NCBI RefSeq assembly: GCF_013167455.1
Contig: NZ_CP038328.1
DNA from: Escherichia coli O157:H7
GTDB taxonomy: Bacteria > Pseudomonadota > Gammaproteobacteria > Enterobacterales > Enterobacteriaceae
DNA length: 64,000 bases
Strand: one strand, 5' to 3'
The notes under the pieces were generated by a model. It did not search any database. It saw only the letters and a program-made list of their open reading frames with translations, and had not been told where the DNA came from. Each line of letters opens with the position of its first letter. The stretch's first letter is position 1. Both the position numbers and the translations under genes were made by a program. Shown piece after piece: positions 9,130 to 28,237 of the stretch.

Positions 9130-10761
9130 TTAATACTCGTCCCGTCCCTCATCTTCATCAGGCTGTTCCAGCACACTGTAAGCCACCGAACAAAACAGCG
9201 AGTTCAGACGCTGCATATCTCCCAGTAAGCCTAAATGTAGCGAACTGGTTTCAATGCTTTGCACGTTTTGCTGATGCAGGCGATCGACGTGGGCGTGGGA
9301 ATAGCGGCGATTAAGAATGCGAAAGCGATGCTTGCTGCGGCGCAAACGACGAGCGCTGGTGACATCGCCAGAGAAGAACACCGACATTGCCAGCTTTAAA
9401 TTACTGAGCAATTGCTCATAGAGCGCATCCAGTTCCTTCAAGCCATCAAGCGAAAATGCTCGCCTTGCAGCCAGCGATTTGTCGGCAATTTCACTACTCA
9501 TGCGCTCGACGATATCGGAGGCCTGTTCAAGGTTGAGCGACATTTCGATGATCTCCGCCCAGCGGCGCGACTCTTCTTCTGCCAGTTCCTCTTTTGGCAT
9601 CCGCGCCAGATACAGCTTAATGGCGGTATAGAGAACGTTGATATCATCTGCCAGCTTACGCAGCTCTTTCTCCTGCCTTGGCTCGCCGTGCATCACTTTA
9701 TTCAGCCCTTCCATCATCTGTTCCATGGCGTCGCCAATGCGCAGGGTTTCGCGCGCGGCGTTCGCCAGAGCAAGCGTGGGCGTATCCAGCGCGCTGACAT
9801 CCAGATGTTTAGGCCGTAGCTGGGTATCCAGTTCCGGTTCATCGCGAATAATCGTTTTGCAAAACCGTGCCATCGGGTCAACAAATGGCAGCATGGCCAG
9901 GCAACGTACAAGGTTGTAGAAGACGTGGAAATAGATCACCAGTTCCGCTTTTGGCAATGACAACTTCCCCATTGTCTCTGCCAGCAAATGGACAAACGGC
10001 AGGATAATCAGGCTACCCACCAGCTTAAACAGCAGACTACCCAGCGCGACACGGCGGGCTGCGGCATTGGCGGCACTGTTGTTGAGCATCGCCAGCAGGC
10101 CGGAACCGAGGTTAGCACCAATCACCAGACAGAGCGCCACGGGGAAGGAGATAATGCCTGCGGCGGTCAGAGTCGCGGTCAGCAGTACAGCAGCAAGGCT
10201 GGAGTAGCTGATAATGGCGAACATCGCGCCAATCAGCGCATCCAGCAGAATATCGCCGGTCAGCGAGGCAAAGATCACCTGAACGCCGTTTGCCTGGGTG
10301 ATCGGCGTTACGGCCTGCACAATCAACTCCAGCGCCAGCAAAATCAGCCCAAGACCAATACCGACGCGGCCCAGTTGCCCGGCGCGTGACTGTTTGCGTC
10401 CGAGGAAAAAAATCACGCCGATAAAAATAAGTAACGGTGACAGCCAGGATAAGTCGAAGGTGAGAATACGCGCCATTAGCGCCGTCCCGACATCTGCCCC
10501 CAGCACAATGACCAGAGCCGGTGCGAGGGCTACCAGATCCTGAGCGACGAACGAGGTCACCAGCATGGTGGTGGCATTACTGCTCTGTACCAGTGCGGTA
10601 ACGCCGATCCCCGCGCAAAAGGCGAGCGGCTTTTTTTCGACGCTCCGGCTAAGGACAGTACGCAAACGCGCGCCGAAGACGCGCATTACGCCGGTTCGAA
10701 CAATATGAGTCCCCCAGACCAGCAGGGCGACGGCAGAAAGCAGGTTAAGCAGCGTTAACAC
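9130..10761 (-). CDS. yjbB: Na/Pi-cotransporter-family membrane protein with PhoU-like domains
   Basis: 543-aa ORF, hydrophobic N-terminal half, PhoU-like C-terminal half; conserved position next to metH. Confidence 0.88.
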   Translation of the reverse strand: MLTLLNLLSAVALLVWGTHIVRTGVMRVFGARLRTVLSRSVEKKPLAFCAGIGVTALVQSSNATTMLVTSFVAQDLVALAPALVIVLGADVGTALMARILTFDLSWLSPLLIFIGVIFFLGRKQSRAGQLGRVGIGLGLILLALELIVQAVTPITQANGVQVIFASLTGDILLDALIGAMFAIISYSSLAAVLLTATLTAAGIISFPVALCLVIGANLGSGLLAMLNNSAANAAARRVALGSLLFKLVGSLIILPFVHLLAETMGKLSLPKAELVIYFHVFYNLVRCLAMLPFVDPMARFCKTIIRDEPELDTQLRPKHLDVSALDTPTLALANAARETLRIGDAMEQMMEGLNKVMHGEPRQEKELRKLADDINVLYTAIKLYLARMPKEELAEEESRRWAEIIEMSLNLEQASDIVERMSSEIADKSLAARRAFSLDGLKELDALYEQLLSNLKLAMSVFFSGDVTSARRLRRSKHRFRILNRRYSHAHVDRLHQQNVQSIETSSLHLGLLGDMQRLNSLFCSVAYSVLEQPDEDEGRDEY

Positions 10762-10980
10762 GAGTTCAGGTTCTCCTTATCGTTATATGTTCCTGAAGCA
10801 ATTGAATGACCAAAGGACCGGAAACACGCTGACTGGCATCTTTACTGTGCCTTTTGACATTCGTTTTTCCGGCTAAGATTATTCCAGCCTGTTTCCAGTA
10901 TAAGTGTTTCATATTAATAAAGAGACAGGGCACTCATTGAGCGCCCTGTTTGTTGTAAGGAAAAGTGACAGATTTGTGAA

Positions 10981-13900
10981 TCAGTCCGCGTCATACCCCA
11001 GATTCGGTGCCAGCCAGCGCTCAACATCGGAGACGCTCATACCTTTACGGCGGGCATAGTCTTCAACCTGATCGCGCTGAATTTGCGCCACCGCGTAGTA
11101 CTTGCTGTCCGGGTGGCTGAAATACCAACCCGAAACCGATGCACCGGGCCACATGGCGAAAGATTCTGTGAGTTTCATGCCGGTATGTTTTTCCACTTCC
11201 AGCAGCTCCCAGATGGTGGCTTTTTCCGTATGTTCCGGGCAGGCCGGGTAGCCCGGTGCCGGACGGATGCCCTGGTAGTTTTCGCGGATCAGTTCTTCGT
11301 TGCTGAGGTTCTCGTTCGGCGCATAGCCCCAGTAGACTTTACGCACACGCTCATGGAGATACTCCGCAAAGGCTTCGGCTAAACGGTCGGCAAGCGCTTT
11401 CACCATGATTTTGTTGTAATCATCGTGCTGCGCTTCAAAGGCATCAGCCAGTGCGTCCTCTTCCAGCCCGCCAGTCACGGCAAATGCGCCGATGTAATCT
11501 GCTTTACCAGAAAGCTTCGGCGCAACGAAGTCAGCGAGACAGTAGTTAGCGAATCCCGTTTTTTCGGTCTGTTGACGCAGATGGTGGCTGACGTTGATCA
11601 CATGGGTGCGCGTTTCGTCACGGTAGATTTCAATGTCATCGCCCACACGGTTTGCCGGGAACAGGCCCACCACGCCACGCGGATTCAGCGTTTTCTCGGC
11701 GCTTAATTTATCCAGCATGTCGTTGGCGTCTTTAAACAGCCGCTGCGCCTCAACGCCCACCACTTCATCTTCCAGAATGCGCGGATACTTCCCGGCCAGC
11801 GACCAGGTCATAAAGAACGGTGTCCAGTCGATGTAATTACGCAGAGTTTCGATGCTGGCTTCAACTTCCTGCACGCCGAGACGGTGCGCCACCGGCGGCG
11901 TGTAAGCCTGCCAGTCAAAAGCGAAGTCGTTATCGCGCGCCGCTTCCAGCGTGACCGGTGGTGTGCGTGGTTTCTTGCGCCCGTGCTGAATACGTACGGT
12001 TTCGTACTCCTTGCGGGTACGAGCGACAAAATCATCGCGCTGAGTATCGGAAAGCAGCGCCGCCACCACACCAACGGTGCGCGAGGCATTCTGCACATAC
12101 ACCGTCGGGCCGCTGTAGTTCTGCTCGATTTTCACCGCCGTGTGCGCTTTTGAGGTCGTCGCGCCACCGATCAGTAACGGAATGGTGAAGCCCTGACGCT
12201 CCATCTCTTTCGCCACGTTAACCATCTCGTCCAGCGACGGCGTGATAAGCCCCGAAAGTCCAATCAGATCAGCATTCACTTCTTTAGCGGTACGGAGAAT
12301 TTTTTCCGCAGGCACCATAACGCCGAGATCGACAATTTCGTAGTTGTTACATTGCAGCACCACACCAACGATATTTTTACCGATGTCGTGGACGTCGCCC
12401 TTCACGGTGGCGATCACCATCTTGCCGTTGGTTTTGCCCTGCTCTTTGCTGGCTTCAATAAACGGTTCGAGGTAGGCCACTGCCTGCTTCATCACACGCG
12501 CCGATTTGACCACCTGTGGCAGGAACATTTTCCCTTCGCCGAACAGATCGCCGACCACGTTCATGCCGTCCATTAGCGGGCCTTCAATCACTTCAATCGG
12601 GCGCGTAGCCTGCTGGCGGGCTTCTTCGGTATCCTGCTCGATAAACTCAGTAATGCCTTTGACCAGCGAGTATTCCAGACGTTTATTCACTTCCCACGAG
12701 CGCCACTCCGCCTGCTGGGCGTTAGCGGTGTCGTCGGTTTTGCTGCCGCGATATTTCTCGGCAAGCTCCAGTAAACGCTCAGTGCCATCATCGCGACGAT
12801 TAAGAATCACATCTTCCACCGCGTCGCGCAGTTCAGCGGGCAGGTCGTCGTAAATCGCCAGTTGCCCGGCGTTGACGATCCCCATATCCATGCCATTGCG
12901 AATAGCGTAGTAGAGGAACACCGCGTGAATGGCTTCGCGCACCGGATCGTTGCCACGGAATGAGAAAGAAACGTTAGATACGCCGCCGGAAATCAGCGCG
13001 TGCGGCAGTTCGCGTTTGATGTCTTCGCAGGCGCCGATAAAGTCCTGCGCATAGTTGTTGTGCTCTTCAATGCCGGTGGCGACCGCGAAGATGTTCGGGT
13101 CGAAGATGATATCTTCTGGCGGGAAGCCAACCTCTTCGGTGAGGATTTTGTACGCCCGACGGCAAATCTCAATTTTCCGTGCGCGGGTATCGGCCTGCCC
13201 CTGTTCGTCAAAGGCCATTACCACCACCGCTGCACCGTAACGACGCAACAGTTTCGCATGATGGATAAAGGCGTCGACGCCCTCTTTCATTGAGATAGAG
13301 TTAACAATGCCTTTGCCCTGAATACACTTCAGCCCCTTTTCGATGACCTCCCATTTTGAGGAGTCGATCATAATCGGCACGCGAGCGATATCCGGTTCAC
13401 CGGCAATCAGATTGAGAAAACGCACCATCGCCGCTTCGGCATCGAGCATCCCTTCATCCATGTTGATATCGATAATCTGCGCGCCGTTTTCCACCTGCTG
13501 ACGCGCTACATCCAGCGCCTCGCTGTATTTCTCTTCTTTGATCAGGCGCTTGAACTTAGCGGAACCGGTGACGTTGGTGCGTTCACCCACGTTCACAAAC
13601 AGGCTATCGTCGCCAATGTTCAGCGGCTCCAGGCCGGACAAACGGCAGGCTACGGGAATTTCAGGCAGTTTGCGCGGCGCTAATCCTTCTACTGCACGAC
13701 TCATCGCTGCAATATGTTGTGGCGTGGTGCCACAGCAGCCGCCGACGATATTGAGAAAACCCGCTTGCGCCCATTCACGTATCTGTTTTGCCATCGTGTC
13801 GGCGTCGAGATCGTACTCACCAAAGGCGTTGGGTAGCCCGGCGTTCGGGTGCGCGGTGACGTAGCATTCCGCAATCCGTGATAGTTCCTGCACGTACTGG

Positions 13901-14664
13901 CGCAGTTCATCTGGCCCCAGCGCGCAGTTGAGGCCAAAAGTCAGGGCTTCGGCATGGCGCAGGGAGTTGTAAAATGCTTCGGTGGTCTGTCCGGAGAGCG
14001 TGCGCCCGGAGGCGTCGGTGATGGTGCCGGAGATCATAATCGGCAGCTCAACGCCTAACGCTTCGAACTCCGTTTTCACCGCAAAGACCGCCGCTTTGGC
14101 GTTAAGGGTGTCGAAAACGGTTTCAATCAGAATCAGATCCGCACCGCCTTCCACTAATGCTTTGGTGGATTCGCGATAGGCCGCCACCAGCTGGTCAAAA
14201 GTGATGTTGCGGAATGCCGGATCGTTCACGTCCGGAGAAATGGACGCCGTGCGGTTGGTTGGGCCGAGAACGCCGGCAACGTAGCGCGGTTTCTCCGGCG
14301 TGCGCGCGGTCCACTCGTCAGCACAGGCGCGCGCCAGTTTCGCCGCCGCAAAGTTGATTTCCGCCGACAGGGATTCCATCTGGTAATCCGCCATCGCAAT
14401 GGTCGTGGAGTTGAAGGTGTTGGTTTCGATGATATCCGCGCCCGCTTCAAAGTAGGCGTTGTGGATAGCGGCGATCACTTCCGGTTTGCTTAGCACCAGC
14501 AGATCGTTATTGCCTTTGAGGTCGCATGGCCAGTCGGCAAAGCGTTCACCACGAAAATCGGCTTCGTTCAGTCGATAGCTCTGGATCATGGTGCCCATAC
14601 CGCCGTCCAGCACCAGAATACGTTCATTTAACTGCGCACGCAGTTGTTCCACTTTGCTGCTCAC
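10981..14664 (-). CDS. metH: cobalamin-dependent methionine synthase
   Basis: Translation matches MetH from [27 protein letters not shown] to ...[11 protein letters not shown]; start set at GTG codon (14662-14664) giving 1227 aa. Confidence 0.95.
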   Translation of the reverse strand: MSSKVEQLRAQLNERILVLDGGMGTMIQSYRLNEADFRGERFADWPCDLKGNNDLLVLSKPEVIAAIHNAYFEAGADIIETNTFNSTTIAMADYQMESLSAEINFAAAKLARACADEWTARTPEKPRYVAGVLGPTNRTASISPDVNDPAFRNITFDQLVAAYRESTKALVEGGADLILIETVFDTLNAKAAVFAVKTEFEALGVELPIMISGTITDASGRTLSGQTTEAFYNSLRHAEALTFGLNCALGPDELRQYVQELSRIAECYVTAHPNAGLPNAFGEYDLDADTMAKQIREWAQAGFLNIVGGCCGTTPQHIAAMSRAVEGLAPRKLPEIPVACRLSGLEPLNIGDDSLFVNVGERTNVTGSAKFKRLIKEEKYSEALDVARQQVENGAQIIDINMDEGMLDAEAAMVRFLNLIAGEPDIARVPIMIDSSKWEVIEKGLKCIQGKGIVNSISMKEGVDAFIHHAKLLRRYGAAVVVMAFDEQGQADTRARKIEICRRAYKILTEEVGFPPEDIIFDPNIFAVATGIEEHNNYAQDFIGACEDIKRELPHALISGGVSNVSFSFRGNDPVREAIHAVFLYYAIRNGMDMGIVNAGQLAIYDDLPAELRDAVEDVILNRRDDGTERLLELAEKYRGSKTDDTANAQQAEWRSWEVNKRLEYSLVKGITEFIEQDTEEARQQATRPIEVIEGPLMDGMNVVGDLFGEGKMFLPQVVKSARVMKQAVAYLEPFIEASKEQGKTNGKMVIATVKGDVHDIGKNIVGVVLQCNNYEIVDLGVMVPAEKILRTAKEVNADLIGLSGLITPSLDEMVNVAKEMERQGFTIPLLIGGATTSKAHTAVKIEQNYSGPTVYVQNASRTVGVVAALLSDTQRDDFVARTRKEYETVRIQHGRKKPRTPPVTLEAARDNDFAFDWQAYTPPVAHRLGVQEVEASIETLRNYIDWTPFFMTWSLAGKYPRILEDEVVGVEAQRLFKDANDMLDKLSAEKTLNPRGVVGLFPANRVGDDIEIYRDETRTHVINVSHHLRQQTEKTGFANYCLADFVAPKLSGKADYIGAFAVTGGLEEDALADAFEAQHDDYNKIMVKALADRLAEAFAEYLHERVRKVYWGYAPNENLSNEELIRENYQGIRPAPGYPACPEHTEKATIWELLEVEKHTGMKLTESFAMWPGASVSGWYFSHPDSKYYAVAQIQRDQVEDYARRKGMSVSDVERWLAPNLGYDAD

Positions 14665-14758
14665 ACTTGCTCCCGACACGCTCAACCCAGATTTAATAAA
14701 AATTCAACAAACCATACTGGCATAAACGCATCTGTGGTAAAAGCGACCACCACGCAAC

Positions 14759-14771
14759 ATGAGATTTGTTC
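14759..14771. promoter_or_regulatory. candidate MetR-type operator in metH/iclR divergent region
   Basis: TGAGATTTGTTCA resembles the TGAA-N5-TTCA MetR half-site arrangement; assignment by motif only. Confidence 0.35.
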
Positions 14772-14825
14772 AACATTAACTCATCGGATCAGTTCAGCAA
14801 CTATTGCATTAGCTAACAATAAAAA

Positions 14826-14840
14826 TGAAAATGATTTCCA
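14826..14840 (+). promoter_or_regulatory. IclR autoregulatory operator candidate
   Basis: TGAAAATGATTTCCA, an imperfect inverted repeat of the GGAAA half-site, just upstream of the iclR RBS. Confidence 0.5.
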
Positions 14841-14863
14841 CGATACAGAAAAAGGAGACTGTC

Positions 14864-15688
14864 ATGGTCGCACCCATTCCCGCGAAACGCGGCAGAAAAC
14901 CCGCCGTTGCCACCGCACCAGCGACTGGACAGGTTCAGTCTTTAACGCGTGGCCTGAAATTACTGGAGTGGATTGCCGAATCCAATGGCAGTGTGGCACT
15001 CACGGAGCTGGCGCAACAAGCCGGGTTACCCAATTCCACGACCCACCGCCTGCTAACCACGATGCAACAGCAGGGTTTCGTGCGTCAGGTTGGCGAACTG
15101 GGACACTGGGCAATCGGCGCACATGCCTTTATGGTCGGCAGCAGCTTTCTCCAGAGCCGTAATTTGTTAGCAATTGTTCACCCTATCCTGCGCAATCTAA
15201 TGGAAGAGTCTGGCGAAACGGTCAATATGGCGGTGCTTGATCAAAGCGATCACGAAGCGATTATTATCGACCAGGTACAGTGTACGCATCTGATGCGAAT
15301 GTCCGCGCCTATCGGCGGTAAATTGCCGATGCACGCTTCCGGTGCGGGTAAAGCCTTTTTAGCCCAACTGAGCGAAGAACAGGTGACGAAGCTGCTGCAC
15401 CGCAAAGGGTTACATGCCTATACCCACGCAACGCTGGTGTCTCCTGTGCATTTAAAAGAAGATCTCGCCCAAACGCGCAAACGGGGTTATTCATTTGACG
15501 ATGAGGAACATGCGCTGGGGCTACGTTGCCTTGCAGCGTGTATTTTCGATGAGCACCGTGAACCGTTTGCCGCAATTTCTATTTCCGGACCGATTTCACG
15601 TATTACCGATGACCGCGTGACCGAGTTTGGCGCGATGGTGATTAAAGCGGCGAAGGAAGTGACGCTGGCGTACGGTGGAATGCGCTGA
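14864..15688 (+). CDS. iclR: glyoxylate-bypass operon repressor IclR
   Basis: Start at ATG 14864 after AAGGAG; 274 aa MVAPIPAKRGRKPAVATAPATGQVQSLTRG... matches IclR. Confidence 0.95.
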   Translation: MVAPIPAKRGRKPAVATAPATGQVQSLTRGLKLLEWIAESNGSVALTELAQQAGLPNSTTHRLLTTMQQQGFVRQVGELGHWAIGAHAFMVGSSFLQSRNLLAIVHPILRNLMEESGETVNMAVLDQSDHEAIIIDQVQCTHLMRMSAPIGGKLPMHASGAGKAFLAQLSEEQVTKLLHRKGLHAYTHATLVSPVHLKEDLAQTRKRGYSFDDEEHALGLRCLAACIFDEHREPFAAISISGPISRITDDRVTEFGAMVIKAAKEVTLAYGGMR

Positions 15689-16004
15689 CTTTTTCTGGCG
15701 GGCAGAGGCAATATTCTGCCCGTCATACCTGAGTGGTAATAGAATAAGGGTGTCTGTTAATCGCATTGACGTCAAAATAACTTATTGTCATACACTTCAT
15801 ACACTTTTATTAACTCAGCATTATTTTTAAACATCAAACCACTTAATTATTAACAAAATCGCAAGATCTCATTCCACCGAAACTTTTACGGCTGCATTAT
15901 GAGATTGAGCGATTTATGATATTTCTTTAGTTGTAATCATATTAAATTTTTTCACTGTTCTGATAGTTAAAATTCAAGACATCAATAAACAATGAGATAT
16001 TTAA

Positions 16005-19896
<3,892 letters not shown>

Positions 19897-19919
19897 TTAG
19901 CGCCCTCATCAGGAGCAGA

Positions 19920-20065
19920 GAATTGCCGGATGCGGCGTAAACGCCTTATCCAGCCTACGTTCGGCAACGGTTGTAGGCATGATAAGACGCGCAAGCGTCG
20001 CATCAGGCATCGTGCACCGATTGCCGGATGCGGCGTATATGCCTTATCCGGCCTACAGTCAGCAA
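19920..20065. repeat. cluster of three REP units (BIME) in aceK-aceA intergenic region
   Basis: GCCGGATGCGGCGTAAACGCCTTATCCAGCCTAC, inverted GTAGGCATGATAAGACGCGCAAGCGTCGCATCAGGC, and GCCGGATGCGGCGTATATGCCTTATCCGGCCTAC. Confidence 0.85.
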
Positions 20066-20079
20066 CGTTTGTAGGTTGC

Positions 20080-21384
20080 TTAGAACTGCGATTCTTCGGT
20101 GGAGCCAGTCAGCGCGGTAACCGACGACGTGCCGCCCTGAATAATGGTCGTCACTTTATCGAAGTAACCTGTACCCACTTCCTGCTGGTGAGATACGAAG
20201 GTGTAGCCATCTTTCGCGGCGGCGAATTCCGGCTGCTGCACTTTCTCAACATAGTGCTTCATACCCTCGCCCTGGGCATAGGCGTTTGCCAGATCAAACA
20301 TGTTGAACCACATGCTGTGGATACCTGCCAGGGTGATGAACTGGAACTTGTAGCCCATATCCGACAGCTGCTGCTGGAAGCTGGCAATAGTGTTGTCGTC
20401 GAGGTTTTTCTGCCAGTTGAACGACGGCGAGCAGTTATAAGCCAGCAGTTTGCCCGGATATTTCGCGTGGATAGCTTCCGCAAAGCGACGCGCCAGTTCC
20501 AGATCCGGCGTGGAGGTTTCACACCATACCAGGTCAGCATATGGCGCATACGCCAGGCCACGGCTGATCGCTTGCTCAATGCCCGCATGAGTACGGAAGA
20601 AGCCTTCACTGGTACGCTCGCCGGTAATAAATTCGCTGTCATACGGGTCGCAATCGGAGGTGATCAGATCCGCCGCATCAGCATCGGTACGTGCAACCAG
20701 CAGGGTTGGAACGCCCGTCACGTCAGCTGCCAGACGCGCCGCGACCAGTTTCTGAATAGCTTCCTGAGTTGGCACCAAAACTTTGCCGCCCATGTGACCG
20801 CATTTCTTCACTGACGCCAGCTGATCTTCGAAGTGAACTGCCGCTGCACCGGCTTCAATCATCGCTTTCATCAGTTCAAAGGCATTCAGGACACCGCCAA
20901 AACCGGCTTCCGCGTCGGCAACGATCGGCAGGAAGTAATCGACATAGCGCGGATCGCCCGGCTCAATGCCCGCGGACCATTGGATCTGATCCGCACGGCG
21001 GAAAGTGTTGTTGATCCGCTCCACCACAGCTGGCACCGAGTTTGCCGGATAGAGCGACTGATCCGGATACATGCTGGCCGCCAGGTTAGCGTCCGCCGCT
21101 ACCTGCCATCCCGACAGATAGACCGCTTCAATACCCGCTTTCGCCTGTTGCAGCGCCTGACCGCCAGTCAGTGCACCGAGGCTGTTGATGTAGCCTTTTT
21201 TCGACTCGCCATGCAGCAGACGCCACATTTTCGCCGCGCCCAGTTGCGCCAGCGTGCATTCAGGATTGACTGAACCGCGTAATTTCACCACATCTTCCGC
21301 GCTGTATGGGCGAGTAATTCCTTCCCAACGCGGTTGAGTCCACTCTTTCTGTAATTCTTCAATTTGTTGTGTACGGGTTTTCAT
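20080..21384 (-). CDS. aceA: isocitrate lyase
   Basis: Start at internal ATG giving [22 protein letters not shown]... (434 aa) matching AceA. Confidence 0.95.
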   Translation of the reverse strand: MKTRTQQIEELQKEWTQPRWEGITRPYSAEDVVKLRGSVNPECTLAQLGAAKMWRLLHGESKKGYINSLGALTGGQALQQAKAGIEAVYLSGWQVAADANLAASMYPDQSLYPANSVPAVVERINNTFRRADQIQWSAGIEPGDPRYVDYFLPIVADAEAGFGGVLNAFELMKAMIEAGAAAVHFEDQLASVKKCGHMGGKVLVPTQEAIQKLVAARLAADVTGVPTLLVARTDADAADLITSDCDPYDSEFITGERTSEGFFRTHAGIEQAISRGLAYAPYADLVWCETSTPDLELARRFAEAIHAKYPGKLLAYNCSPSFNWQKNLDDNTIASFQQQLSDMGYKFQFITLAGIHSMWFNMFDLANAYAQGEGMKHYVEKVQQPEFAAAKDGYTFVSHQQEVGTGYFDKVTTIIQGGTSSVTALTGSTEESQF

Positions 21385-21413
21385 GTGCAGATGCTCCATA
21401 GTTATGTGGTGGT

Positions 21414-23015
21414 TTACGCTAACAGGCGGTAGCCTGGCAGGGTCAGGAAATCAATTAACTCATCGGAAGTGGTGATCTGTTCCATCAAGCGTGCGGCATC
21501 GTCAAAACGCCCCTGGGAGAAACGTTCTTCGCCCAGTTCGCTGGCAATGACTTTCATCTCTTCGCCCAGCATCTGGCGGAACAAGGCTTTAGTTACCGGT
21601 TTGCCATTGCTCAACGTTTTTTGATGATGGATCCACTGCCAGATTGAGGTACGGGAAATTTCAGCCGTCGCCGCATCTTCCATCAGGCCATAAATCGGCA
21701 CGCAGCCGTTGCCGGAGATCCATGCTTCGATGTACTGCACAGCCACGCGAATGTTGGCGCGCATACCTTCTTCGGTGCGTTCACCATCACAAGGTGCCAG
21801 CAGCTGATCGGCAGTAATCGGCGCGTCTTGTTCGCGCATCACTTCAAGCTGATTTTTACGGGAGCCGAGAATGTCGTTGAATACCGCCATTGCCGTGTCC
21901 GCAAGGCCTGGGTGAGCGATCCATGTGCCATCGTGACCGTTATTGGCTTCCAGCGATTTATCCGCTTTTACTTTGTTGAGCACCTGGTTATTGTGCTCTT
22001 CATCTTTGCTCGGAATAAACGCCGCCATGCCGCCCATCGCAAAAGCACCGCGTTTATGGCAGGTTTTAATCAACAGGCGTGAGTAAGCATTCAGGAATGG
22101 TTTATCCATCGTTACTGCCTGTCTGTCTGGCAGGACGCGATCGGGATAGTTTTTCAACGTTTTGATATAGCTGAAGATGTAATCCCAACGACCGCAGTTC
22201 AGACCAACAATATGGTCACGCAGCGCGTGAAGGATTTCATCCATCTGGAACACGGCGGGCAGCGTTTCAATCAGCAACGTCGCCTTGATGGTGCCGCGCG
22301 GCAGATTAAAGCGATCTTCTGCATAGCTGAAGACTTCGCTCCACCAGGCCGCTTCCTGCCAGGACTGGGTTTTCGGCAGATAGAAATAGGGACCACTGCC
22401 CTTTGCCAACAGTGCCTGATAGTTGTGGAAGAAATAGAGCGCAAAATCAAACAGGCTGCCGGGGATTGCCTCACCACGCCAGGTGACATGTTTTTCCGGC
22501 AAGTGCAGACCGCGTACCCGACAAATCAAAACCGCTGGATTGGGCTTGAGCTGGTAAATTTTGCCTGCTTCATTGGTGTAACTGATGGTGCCGTTAACCG
22601 CATCACGCAGGTTAATTTGCCCGTCGATCACTTTGTTCCAGTCTGGTGCCAGTGAATCTTCGAAATCGGCCATAAAGACTTTCACATTGGCGTTGAGCGC
22701 GTTGATCACCATCTTGCGCTCTACGGATCCGGTAATCTCTACGCGGCGATCTTCTAAGTCCGCAGGAATCCCGCGAATTTTCCAGTCAGCATCACGAATG
22801 GAAGCTGTTTCCGAAATAAAATCAGGCAACGTTCCGTTATCAATATCTTGCTGCTGCTGAATGCGCGCTGCCAGAAGTTTATTGCGTTGTGGCGTAAAAT
22901 GCGTCACCAGCTCAGTCAGAAATTCTACCGCTTCGGCAGTAAGAATTTGCTTCTCCTGCTCGCCATACGGCCTTATGAAAGCCAGTTCATCGGTTGTTGT
23001 TGCCTGTTCAGTCAT
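21414..23015 (-). CDS. aceB: malate synthase A
   Basis: Start at internal ATG giving [13 protein letters not shown]... (533 aa) matching AceB. Confidence 0.95.
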   Translation of the reverse strand: MTEQATTTDELAFIRPYGEQEKQILTAEAVEFLTELVTHFTPQRNKLLAARIQQQQDIDNGTLPDFISETASIRDADWKIRGIPADLEDRRVEITGSVERKMVINALNANVKVFMADFEDSLAPDWNKVIDGQINLRDAVNGTISYTNEAGKIYQLKPNPAVLICRVRGLHLPEKHVTWRGEAIPGSLFDFALYFFHNYQALLAKGSGPYFYLPKTQSWQEAAWWSEVFSYAEDRFNLPRGTIKATLLIETLPAVFQMDEILHALRDHIVGLNCGRWDYIFSYIKTLKNYPDRVLPDRQAVTMDKPFLNAYSRLLIKTCHKRGAFAMGGMAAFIPSKDEEHNNQVLNKVKADKSLEANNGHDGTWIAHPGLADTAMAVFNDILGSRKNQLEVMREQDAPITADQLLAPCDGERTEEGMRANIRVAVQYIEAWISGNGCVPIYGLMEDAATAEISRTSIWQWIHHQKTLSNGKPVTKALFRQMLGEEMKVIASELGEERFSQGRFDDAARLMEQITTSDELIDFLTLPGYRLLA

Positions 23016-23119
23016 CGTGCAGCTCCTCGTCATGGATCCGAAAACTTCCCCACTGTGAACGAAGGATCGTTGTGCGCTTTTCGTTCAGCACAACTAAGAC
23101 TACTCATTTAAAAATCAAA

Positions 23120-23145
23120 ATCAAAAACAATTTCCATTTTAATTA
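23120..23145 (-). promoter_or_regulatory. aceBAK promoter region with IclR-box-like element
   Basis: Minus-strand reading AAATGGAAATTGTTTTTGATTTT upstream of aceB, containing a GGAAA half-site as in the iclR operator. Confidence 0.45.
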
Positions 23146-23213
23146 AAAATACTTGATAACTTATTGATAACAATATTAATAAAATTTATTCACCTACTGA
23201 GGTGTGTTTCGGA

Positions 23214-23250
23214 AATAAAAAAGGCACCCGAAGGTGCCTGAGGTAAGGTG
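23214..23250 (-). terminator. intrinsic terminator downstream of metA
   Basis: GGCACCCGAAGGTGCC hairpin followed on the minus strand by a U-run (plus strand ATAAAAAA to its left). Confidence 0.7.
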
Positions 23251-23283
23251 CTGAATCGCTTAACGATCGACTATCACAGAAGA

Positions 23284-24213
23284 TTAATCCAGCGTTGGAT
23301 TCATGTGCCGTAGATCGTATGGCGTGATCTGGTAGACGTAATAGTTGAGCCAGTTGGTAAACAGCAAATTACCGTGACTACGCCAGCTCGCTCGCGGTTT
23401 GTTTTGCGGATCATTGTGCGGGAAATAGTTATACGGTACTTCCGGGTCTAGTCCGGCTTCCACATCGCGGAAATATTCCTGCGCCAGCGTTTGCGCATCA
23501 TATTCGGGATGGCCCGTCACAAAGGCAATGCGCTTATCTTTACTGGCAAACAGATATGCATCCCCTTCTTCCGTCTCTGCCAGAATTTCCAGATCGGTGT
23601 AATCACGAATCAACGCTGCCGGAAAGTCAGCATAGCGCGAATGCGGTGCCAAGAATGAATCATCAAAGCCACGCGTCAGAAGCGCATGAGGATGGAGAAT
23701 ATGATGCTCGTAAACGCCAGAGAGTTTGTCGGTGCGAGTTTGCTTAGGAATGCCGTAGAGGATATTGAGCGCTGCCTGTACCGCCCAGCAGACAAACAGC
23801 GTCGAGGTGACGTGATCTTTCGACCACTCCAGCACCTGTTTGATCTGCGGCCAGTAAGCGACATCATTAAACTCCACCAGGCCCAGCGGCGCACCGGTTA
23901 CAATCAGACCGTCAAAGTTCTGTTCCTGAATATCTTCAAAGTTACAGTAGAAGTTGTTCAGATGCTCTGCGGGCGTGTTACGCGATTCACGGGAATCGAT
24001 GCGCAACAGCTGAATATCGACCTGCAAAGGTGAGTTTGAAAGCAGGCGCAGAAACTGATTTTCAGTTTCAATCTTCTTCGGCATCAGGTTAAGGATCAGA
24101 ACCTTAAGTGGACGAATTTCCTGACCAGACGCACGAGAAGTTGTCATCACAAAGACGTTTTCTTCACGCAAGAAATTGACGGCGGGTAGCTCGTCCGGCA
24201 CACGAATCGGCAT
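23284..24213 (-). CDS. metA: homoserine O-succinyltransferase
   Basis: 309-aa [48 protein letters not shown]... matches MetA. Confidence 0.95.
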   Translation of the reverse strand: MPIRVPDELPAVNFLREENVFVMTTSRASGQEIRPLKVLILNLMPKKIETENQFLRLLSNSPLQVDIQLLRIDSRESRNTPAEHLNNFYCNFEDIQEQNFDGLIVTGAPLGLVEFNDVAYWPQIKQVLEWSKDHVTSTLFVCWAVQAALNILYGIPKQTRTDKLSGVYEHHILHPHALLTRGFDDSFLAPHSRYADFPAALIRDYTDLEILAETEEGDAYLFASKDKRIAFVTGHPEYDAQTLAQEYFRDVEAGLDPEVPYNYFPHNDPQNKPRASWRSHGNLLFTNWLNYYVYQITPYDLRHMNPTLD

Positions 24214-24232
24214 AACCTGATTACCTCACTAC

Positions 24233-24256
24233 ATACGCTTATACGTTTAGACATCC
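24233..24256 (-). promoter_or_regulatory. candidate tandem MetJ boxes upstream of metA
   Basis: Minus-strand GGATGTCT AAACGTAT AAGCGTAT, three tandem 8-mers resembling the AGACGTCT met-box; motif-only call. Confidence 0.35.
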
Positions 24257-24369
24257 AGATAGCTGAAGATAACCAGAAAATTTGCCAATGTCGAGCCTGC
24301 ATGTTGAAGGTGAGAAAGTTTCAAGGAAAAGACTACGTTAGAATATAAGAATGACTAAAAGGAGAGAAA

Positions 24370-24813
24370 ATGGTTATTAGTATTCGCCGCTCACGGCATG
24401 AGGAAGGGGAGGAACTCGTTGCGATTTGGTGTCGATCTGTCGATGCCACCCACGATTTTTTATCAGCAGAGTATCGGGCCGAGCTGGAAGAGCTGGTTCG
24501 TTCCTTTCTGCCGGAAGCACCGTTGTGGGTCGCGGTTAATGAACGGGATCAGCCGGTTGGGTTTATGTTGTTAAGTGGGCAGCATATGGATGCGCTGTTT
24601 ATCGATCCTGATGTGCGCGGCTGCGGCGTGGGCCGGATGCTGGTGAAGCATGCGCTCTCAATGGCCCCGGAACTGACAACCAATGTTAATGAGCAAAATG
24701 AGCAGGCGGTTGGGTTCTATAAGAAGGTGGGTTTTAAGGTTACGGGACGCTCTGAGGTGGACGATTTGGGGAAACCGTATCCGTTGCTGGATCTGGCGTA
24801 TGTGGGGGAATAA
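24370..24813 (+). CDS. yjaB: GNAT-family N-acetyltransferase YjaB
   Basis: 147-aa ORF with GNAT acetyl-CoA motif (RGCGVGRMLV); RBS AAGGAGAG upstream; conserved position between metA and rrnE. Confidence 0.85.
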   Translation: MVISIRRSRHEEGEELVAIWCRSVDATHDFLSAEYRAELEELVRSFLPEAPLWVAVNERDQPVGFMLLSGQHMDALFIDPDVRGCGVGRMLVKHALSMAPELTTNVNEQNEQAVGFYKKVGFKVTGRSEVDDLGKPYPLLDLAYVGE

Positions 24814-24886
24814 GCTGCCCCCTATCGTGCCTGCGTAAGCTGGATAAAACGCGCCAGCGTCGCATCCGGCATTTTTTTGCACCAAC

Positions 24887-24920
24887 GCAAAAAGGCCATC
24901 CGTCAGGATGGCCTTTCGCT
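24887..24920 (-). terminator. rrnE operon terminator (T1-like)
   Basis: AGGCCATCCGTCAGGATGGCCT hairpin followed on the minus strand by a U-run, immediately 3' of 5S rRNA. Confidence 0.8.
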
Positions 24921-24927
24921 TTATTTG

Positions 24928-25047
24928 ATGCCTGGCAGTTCCCTACTCTCGCATGGGGAGACCCCACACTACCATCGGCGCTACGGCGTTTCACTTCTGA
25001 GTTCGGCATGGGGTCAGGTGGGACCACCGCGCTAAGGCCGCCAGGCA
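24928..25047 (-). rRNA. rrfE: 5S ribosomal RNA
   Basis: Reverse complement matches E. coli 5S rRNA (TGCCTGGCGGCC...GGGAACTGCCAGGCAT), 120 nt. Confidence 0.95.
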
Positions 25048-25139
25048 AATTCTGTTTTATCAGACCGCTTCTGCGTTCTGATTTAATCTGTATCAGGCCG
25101 AAAATCTTCTCTCATCCGCCAAAACACCTTCGGCGTTGT

Positions 25140-28044
<2,905 letters not shown>

Positions 28045-28237
28045 TCACAACCCGAAGATGTTTCTTTCGATTCATCATCGTGTTGCGAAAATTTGAGAGA
28101 CTCACGAACAACTTGCGTTGTTCAGTGTTTCAATTTTCAGCTTGATCCAGATTTTTAAAGAGCAAATATCTCAAACATCACCCGAAGATGAGTTTTGAGA
28201 TATTAAGGTCGGCGACTTTCACTCACAAACCAGCAAG

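Noticed and set aside
24851-24880. Possible terminator for yjaB or second rrnE terminator (GCGCCAGCGTCGCATCCGGC followed by ATTTTTTT)
   Set aside because: Reads as a degenerate REP unit rather than a clean hairpin; not called as a separate terminator feature
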